Shown in pieces: positions 27,195 to 32,000 of a stretch of DNA of 32,000 nucleotides (position 1 is its first letter; the number at the start of each line of letters is the position of its first letter). The DNA comes from Pseudomonas aeruginosa (lineage in GTDB: Bacteria > Pseudomonadota > Gammaproteobacteria > Pseudomonadales > Pseudomonadaceae): NCBI RefSeq assembly GCF_001457615.1, contig NZ_LN831024.1, forward strand, positions 3,630,001 to 3,662,000. The letters run 5' to 3'. The notes beneath the pieces were generated by a model. That model saw only the letters and a list, made by a program, of their open reading frames with translations. It was not told the DNA's origin and made no database searches. The translations under genes and the position numbers were made by a program.

Positions 27195-28079
27195 CTAGAT
27201 CGCGCTGAGAATGTCGCGCAGGACGCTGTCGTATTTCTGGATGAAGCGGTTGAGCGCCTCGACCGCCGAGTTGTAGCGGGAGCTGGTGTCGTTGAGCAGG
27301 GTGGTCTTCTCGTTGACCTTGTCGTTCAGCGGACGCGAGCGGTCGCTCACCGTGGTGGCGAAATTGCCGACCGGGTTGTTGTCCTTCTCGAAGGGGTACT
27401 CATCGCTGAGGCCCTTGAGCTCCCCGCTCTGCTTCGGCGAGCCGCTGAGAAAATCCTTGATCGACAGCTTGCCGCTGAAGGTATCCAGATTGCTCAGCAG
27501 CGCATACTCGGGGCTGTCCTTCCACCTGGGATCGCCGACGGCATAGCCATAGAGCGTGGGGTCGACCAGATCGATACCGCCAGCGTCGATCCTGATGCCC
27601 TGCTTGGCCGACAGCGCGGCGTTGATCTGCGACTGGATCACGCTGTAGACCTTCAACTCCGCGGTCAGCGCCTTGAGCTCGTCGAGCAGCGCCTTGCGCT
27701 TTCCGTCCTGGGTCTGCAGGACATCCTTGTAGACACCGATGACATCCTCGTCGAGACGCCCGTGCAGGCTGAAATAGGCCGACACCAGGAACTCGCGCAG
27801 ATCCCACTGCGCACCGGGCTGCCGACGTGCCTGCAGGACTTCGCGGAGTACCTCGAGGCCCTGCCCCGGAGGCGCGGACGGATTGGCCGCGAGCAACCAG
27901 GCGAGCGCCTTGAGCACTTGCGCCTCGCTCAGCGGCTGGCCGGCGTGGGCCAGCACGATCCGCTCGCTGCGCAACAGGGCCAGCAGTTCCTCCTGCTCGG
28001 CACTGGCAGGCGCCGCCGACGCGGCCAGGAGCTCGTCCAGGAACAGCTCGCGAGCGGCATTAAGGTTTCTGACTTCCAT
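27195..28079 (-). CDS. pcrV: T3SS needle-tip protein PcrV (SctA, LcrV homologue)
   Basis: 294 aa with the ATG verified. The sequence is recognised (MEVRNLNAARELFLDELLAASAAPASAEQ...). Confidence 0.97.
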   Translation of the reverse strand: MEVRNLNAARELFLDELLAASAAPASAEQEELLALLRSERIVLAHAGQPLSEAQVLKALAWLLAANPSAPPGQGLEVLREVLQARRQPGAQWDLREFLVSAYFSLHGRLDEDVIGVYKDVLQTQDGKRKALLDELKALTAELKVYSVIQSQINAALSAKQGIRIDAGGIDLVDPTLYGYAVGDPRWKDSPEYALLSNLDTFSGKLSIKDFLSGSPKQSGELKGLSDEYPFEKDNNPVGNFATTVSDRSRPLNDKVNEKTTLLNDTSSRYNSAVEALNRFIQKYDSVLRDILSAI

Positions 28080-28088
28080 CGTGATTCC

Positions 28089-28385
28089 TCAGATCAACAA
28101 GCCACGCATCGGCGTCGGACGCCGCGGCCGGGTACCCTGCTCGCCCTGCGTCGGCTGGGAACTGCGCATGCGCCGCAGTTCGGCCAGCAGCTCCTCTTCG
28201 GCGGCTCGCGCCAGCTCTCGCTCCGGCGCCTGGAACAGCAGCTCGCCGGCGTCCGCGGCAAGCCCCAGGCCTTGCCACATTTCCGCCAGCAGGCGGCCGC
28301 GTTCCTCGCTGTCGCGAATCGCCAGTTCGGCGGCCTGGACGGTCGCCCGCAGGGTGTCTTCGGTGTATTCGTTCATGTCGTCCAT
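28089..28385 (-). CDS. pcrG: PcrG, the PcrV chaperone and secretion regulator (LcrG homologue)
   Basis: 98 aa from the ATG at 28385 (MDDMNEYTEDTLRATVQAAELAIRD...). There is no convincing Shine-Dalgarno. A second ATG (Met4) lies at 28376; see the finding on promoter geometry. Confidence 0.9.
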   Translation of the reverse strand: MDDMNEYTEDTLRATVQAAELAIRDSEERGRLLAEMWQGLGLAADAGELLFQAPERELARAAEEELLAELRRMRSSQPTQGEQGTRPRRPTPMRGLLI

Positions 28386-28434
28386 GGTAGGGATCGACGT
28401 TGCCGGAGCCTGTCAGGCACGGTCGGGTTTTTGT
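28384..28434 (-). promoter_or_regulatory. ExsA-dependent promoter PpcrG (ExsA box plus predicted -10)
   Basis: Minus strand reads ACAAAAACCCGACCGTGCCTGACAG (28434-28410), which matches nearly every specified position of the recalled ExsA consensus. A 21-nt spacer follows, then TACCAT (28389-28384). The box overlaps the last codons of pcrR and the -10 overlaps the pcrG ATG. Confidence 0.7.
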
Positions 28435-28847
28435 CGTTTTCGCAGGCTTCGCTGCGTCACCACCCGCCCGGCCTCCAGCTCGAACCAGCCGTCGGCGGGC
28501 TCGGCGGCGCCGGTCCAGCGGCGATAGAAGCGCGCCATGCGCTCGCCAGGCAGTGGGCTGCCGGCCAGCGCCAGGACCTTGCCGTAGAGACGCTGGCGCG
28601 GCCCCAGCGTATCGAGCGTGGCCTCCGCCAGCAGGTACAGCGCGGCGAATGGATTGGCCAATCCGCTGCGCGCCTGCCGCCGACGCAACATCACGATCCA
28701 GACCCGCTCGCCGTCGCAGCGCCAGGCCAGTTCGCAGCCATGGGCCAGGACCTGCCAGCCGAGCGCGATCGAGGTGTCGCGCAGGCAATGCGGACGCACC
28801 GCCAGGCCGCGGGCGAGAAACCAGGGAATCAGCGGATCGGCGCTCAC
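28413..28847 (-). CDS. pcrR: PcrR (LcrR homologue), T3SS regulatory protein
   Basis: This is the C-terminal part of a 411-aa track ORF. It starts at a GTG (cac at 28845-28847) that overlaps the pcrD stop (GTGA): [24 protein letters not shown]... (144 aa), the PcrR length I recall. Confidence 0.85.
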   Translation of the reverse strand: MSADPLIPWFLARGLAVRPHCLRDTSIALGWQVLAHGCELAWRCDGERVWIVMLRRRQARSGLANPFAALYLLAEATLDTLGPRQRLYGKVLALAGSPLPGERMARFYRRWTGAAEPADGWFELEAGRVVTQRSLRKRQKPDRA

Positions 28848-30964
28848 AACACGATCCTGCCAAGCGGCTGGATGTTGATCTGCTGGGTCAGCTCCTGGTA
28901 GGACAGCACCGGCAGCCCGGCATAGTCGCTCTCCACCAGCTTGCGCACGTAGCGGCGGATATCCATGGAAACGATCAGCACCGGCCGGTTCTGCATCTGC
29001 GCGAGATCGCCGACGGTCTGCCGCACGCGCTCGAGGAAGGCCTGGGTTATCGCCGGGTCGAGGGCCAGGTAGCTGCCGGCGCTGGTCTGGCGGATGCCAC
29101 CGCGGATCTGTTCCTCCACCGCCTGGTCCAGCAGATAGGCGGGAAGGATATTGTTGCCGCTGGAGTACTTGTAGCAGATGTAGCGCTTGAGGCTGCTGCG
29201 GATGTACTCGGTGAGCTGCACCACGTCCTTCTCCTTCTGCCCCCACTCCACCATCGCCTCGAGGATCGCCCGCATGTTGCGGATCGAGATGTCCTCGCCG
29301 ACCAGGCGCTGGAGAATCTCGGTCATCCGCTGCAGGGGAACGATCCGCTGCGCCTCCTTCACCAGCTCGCCGTAACCCTGCTCCATCTGCTCCAGCAGGT
29401 AGCGCGTCTCCTGGATGCCGATGAAATCCTCGGCGTACTCCCGCAGCACATGGGACAGGTGCCAGGTGAGCACCTGCTCCAGGCCCAGGCAGGCACAGCC
29501 GGAACGCTCCAGGCGATCCTGATGCGCCTGCTCCACCCAGCTCGCCTCTTCTCCCGGCACCTGCAGCTCTGCCGGCTCGTGGGGGACCGCGAGCAGTTCC
29601 AGCTGCGCGGCGCGTTCGCGCACCAGCAACCAGCCCGGCCGCAGGCATCCGCGCGCGACCGGGACCTCCTGTAGCTGCACCAGGTATTCGCCATCGCCCA
29701 TCGCTTCATTGAAGCGCAAGTGGATACCCGGGAACGGCACGCCGAAATCCAGGTACAGCGCGCGTCGTACCCGCACCAGCTCCTCGTTCAGCGACATCGC
29801 CTCGAGACGTTCCTGGAGGCTGGCATCGACGTCGATCAGCAACGGCACGGTGAGGGCGAATTCTTCCTGCTCGGCGAGACGCCCGGCCTTCGGCTTGCCG
29901 CCGCCAGCCTTGCCACGCGCCTTGGCCGATGGCGCTCCGGCGCCCTGCGCGAGCAGCGCCGGCAGGTCGCGGGAACCGGCGCTGGCCTGGGCCCGCTGGC
30001 GCCAGAGCATGAAGTAGCCGCCGCCGCCGACCAGCAGCGCGAGAGCCAGGAAGGTCAGGGTCGGGAAACCGGGAATCAGGCCGAACAGCACCAGCAACAG
30101 GCCGCCGATCAGCAGCGCCTTGGGCTGCGCCACCACCTGTTCGCCGATGTCGCTGCCGAGGTCCGCCGATTCGTCGGAAGACACCCGGGTGACGATGATC
30201 CCGGCGGTGATGGCGATCAGCAACGCCGGCACCTGCGAGACCATGCCATCGCCGACGGTCAGCACCGCGTACAGTTGCAGCGCGTCGGCGGTGCTCAGGC
30301 CCTTCTGCGTGACGCCGATGGCGATGCCGCCGAGGATGTTGACGACGATGATGATCAGCCCGGCGATGGCGTCGCCCTTGACGAACTTCATCGCGCCGTC
30401 CATGGAGCCGAACATCTGGCTTTCCTTTTCGATCACCGCGCGCCGCGCCCGCGCCTCGTTGACATCGATCACGCCGGCACGCATGTCGCCGTCGATGCTC
30501 ATCTGCTTGCCTGGCATGGCATCCAGGGAAAAGCGCGCGCTGACCTCGGCGACCCGCTCGGCACCCTTGGTGATCACCAGGAACTGCACGATGGTGATGA
30601 TCAGGAAGATGATGATGCCCACCACCAGATTGCCGCCGACCACGAAGCTGCCGAAGGTGTTGACGATCTGCCCCGCGTCGGCCTGCAGCAGGATCATCCG
30701 CGTGGTGCTCACCGACAGCGCCAGGCGGAACAGCGTGGTGATCAGCAGCACCGCCGGGAACACCGAGAACTGCAACGGCGAGCCGATGTACACCGACATC
30801 ATCAGCAGGACCACGGAGATGGTGATGTTGACGGCGATGAGGATGTCCAGCAGCAGCGGTGGCAGCGGCAGCACCATCATGAACACCACCGCCAGCAGCA
30901 ACACCACCAGCAGGATGTCCTTGCGCTCGCCGACCCGGCCGAGAAGCCCGCTCAGGTCGTTCAT
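28844..30964 (-). CDS. pcrD: T3SS export-gate protein PcrD (SctV; LcrD/FlhA family)
   Basis: The track ORF is 795 aa. I trimmed it to [36 protein letters not shown]... (706 aa), with an N-terminal polytopic domain and a cytoplasmic C-terminal domain. The ATG overlaps the pcr4 stop (ATGA). Confidence 0.96.
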   Translation of the reverse strand: MNDLSGLLGRVGERKDILLVVLLLAVVFMMVLPLPPLLLDILIAVNITISVVLLMMSVYIGSPLQFSVFPAVLLITTLFRLALSVSTTRMILLQADAGQIVNTFGSFVVGGNLVVGIIIFLIITIVQFLVITKGAERVAEVSARFSLDAMPGKQMSIDGDMRAGVIDVNEARARRAVIEKESQMFGSMDGAMKFVKGDAIAGLIIIVVNILGGIAIGVTQKGLSTADALQLYAVLTVGDGMVSQVPALLIAITAGIIVTRVSSDESADLGSDIGEQVVAQPKALLIGGLLLVLFGLIPGFPTLTFLALALLVGGGGYFMLWRQRAQASAGSRDLPALLAQGAGAPSAKARGKAGGGKPKAGRLAEQEEFALTVPLLIDVDASLQERLEAMSLNEELVRVRRALYLDFGVPFPGIHLRFNEAMGDGEYLVQLQEVPVARGCLRPGWLLVRERAAQLELLAVPHEPAELQVPGEEASWVEQAHQDRLERSGCACLGLEQVLTWHLSHVLREYAEDFIGIQETRYLLEQMEQGYGELVKEAQRIVPLQRMTEILQRLVGEDISIRNMRAILEAMVEWGQKEKDVVQLTEYIRSSLKRYICYKYSSGNNILPAYLLDQAVEEQIRGGIRQTSAGSYLALDPAITQAFLERVRQTVGDLAQMQNRPVLIVSMDIRRYVRKLVESDYAGLPVLSYQELTQQINIQPLGRIVL

Positions 30965-31290
30965 TCCCGCGCCTCCAGCTCCAGCGCCCGGGCGTGCGCG
31001 GCACGCGCCGCGTCGAGACGCCCGGCGAGCTGTTCGGCACGGCTCAGGCAACGCCACAGACCGGGCTCCTCCTCGCCATCCTCCTGCAACTGCCGGCACA
31101 GGCGCACGGCGGGCTCGCCGAGGCCTTGCTGGAGCAACGCCAGGAGCAAGGCGCGGCGCCCGTCGCGGCGCTCCGGCGCAACGCTCAGCAAGGCCTCCAG
31201 CAACACCTGGGCGCGTCGCGGCTGGCCGCATTGCAGGTGCAGCCAGCCCAGCATCAGCAACAGGCGCTGTTGCGTCGGTTTCAACGTCAT
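30961..31290 (-). CDS. pcr4: Pcr4 (YscY homologue, TPR-like chaperone of Pcr3)
   Basis: 109 aa, [35 protein letters not shown].... Position and sequence are recognised. Confidence 0.9.
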   Translation of the reverse strand: MTLKPTQQRLLLMLGWLHLQCGQPRRAQVLLEALLSVAPERRDGRRALLLALLQQGLGEPAVRLCRQLQEDGEEEPGLWRCLSRAEQLAGRLDAARAAHARALELEARE

Positions 31291-31294
31291 CGAT

Positions 31295-31660
31295 TCATAC
31301 CTTGTGCAACAGGTTCAGGGCCATTTGCAGCAGTCGCTCGTCTTCATCGCGCTCGCCGAGCAGGCAGGCCGCGGCCTGCAGGGCCGGCTGGCGGGGCAGC
31401 GTGAGGGCCAGACGGAGATCGCGCAGCGCCTGGCGGAAGTCGCCGGGGCGCAGCAGGCCGTGCAACTCCAGCTGGGGCCGGGCGTAGTCGAACAGGCGCT
31501 GTTGCGCCTGCTGCGCGGGATACAGGCTGGCGACGTGGGTCTCCACCGGCCGGCCGTCGGGCGCCAGCAGATGGCGCTCCGGCAGGGGCGGCGCGAACGG
31601 CTCGGCATGCGCCAGGTCGAGTCGTTCGATGCCGATGTGCCAGGCACCGACCCGGCTCAT
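31295..31660 (-). CDS. pcr3: Pcr3 (YscX homologue, secreted early substrate)
   Basis: Trimmed from a 175-aa track ORF to MSRVGAWHIGIERLDLAHAEPF... (121 aa). The ATG overlaps the pcr2 stop (ATGA at 31657-31660). Confidence 0.88.
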   Translation of the reverse strand: MSRVGAWHIGIERLDLAHAEPFAPPLPERHLLAPDGRPVETHVASLYPAQQAQQRLFDYARPQLELHGLLRPGDFRQALRDLRLALTLPRQPALQAAACLLGERDEDERLLQMALNLLHKV

Positions 31661-32000
31661 GCGGCGAGCACTTCGCTGCGCGCCGAGCGCAGCGCCTGCA
31701 AGGCCTGGTGCAGCGTCGGCATGCCGACCTGCCGGGCTTCCAGGGTGATGCACAGCAGCAGGCGCGATTCGCCGCTCCAGGCGCAACGCAGCGGCAGGCT
31801 CCCGGCCGCGCGCGCATGGCACAGGCGCAACGCCCGCAGGGTGCCGCGATAGGCCTGGTGCCAGGCCAGGTCACAGGCCAGCCAGAGCGACAACTGTTCG
31901 CCATGGCGTTCCAGCTGCAAGGTGCCGCTGTCCTCGAAATCCAGTTGCACCACGCGCGCCAGCGGCGCCGGTACGCTCACCCGCAGGTCCTGGCAGAACT
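31657..32000 (-). CDS. pcr2: Pcr2 (SycN homologue, PopN co-chaperone), 5' end probably outside the window
   Basis: The track ORF begins at a GTG (31980), but the frame stays open to base 32000 (..FCQDLR-VSVPAPLARVVQLDFEDSG..). I recall Pcr2 being longer than 107 aa, so the true start is probably beyond the window. Confidence 0.85.
   Translation of the reverse strand, partial: FCQDLRVSVPAPLARVVQLDFEDSGTLQLERHGEQLSLWLACDLAWHQAYRGTLRALRLCHARAAGSLPLRCAWSGESRLLLCITLEARQVGMPTLHQALQALRSARSEVLAA

Noticed and set aside
14232-32000. Treating the T3SS cluster as the novel system
   Set aside because: Every gene matches the long-characterised P. aeruginosa psc/pcr/pop/exs loci in order and in recalled length. 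It is reported as context, not as a discovery.

Overview
High-GC, Pseudomonas aeruginosa-like chromosomal window. By recognition of the proteins it matches the PAO1 region of about PA1737 down to PA1700, in reverse orientation; locus numbers and published protein lengths are recalled from memory, not searched. Bases 1-14.2 kb are ordinary chromosome: a beta-oxidation gene pair, an AEC-family permease, a cytochrome c gene that looks frameshifted, a 4-gene Anbu proteasome-like / ATP-grasp / alpha-E / transglutaminase operon, a class I amidotransferase, an RraB-like gene, mucR and bglX. Bases 14.2-32.0 kb, all on the minus strand, hold the canonical type III secretion (T3SS) cluster: pcr2-pcr3-pcr4-pcrD-pcrR, pcrGVH-popBD, exsCEBA and exsD-pscBCDEFGHIJKL. 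I located three ExsA-dependent promoters (PpcrG, PexsC, PexsD), an intrinsic terminator after popD and the AT-rich exsB-exsA regulatory gap. The T3SS is very well characterised. The least understood system is the Anbu operon (3789-7767), whose substrate and function remain unknown. Other points worth a second look: the G5-tract frameshift that separates a signal peptide from its cytochrome c domain; a PpcrG geometry that puts the -10 over the pcrG start codon; an ambiguous exsB start; a GNRA-loop hairpin between exsD and pscB; and a possible 33-aa membrane peptide. I saw no tRNA, rRNA, CRISPR array, IS element or integrase. Many long ORFs in the track are antisense artefacts of the high GC content.
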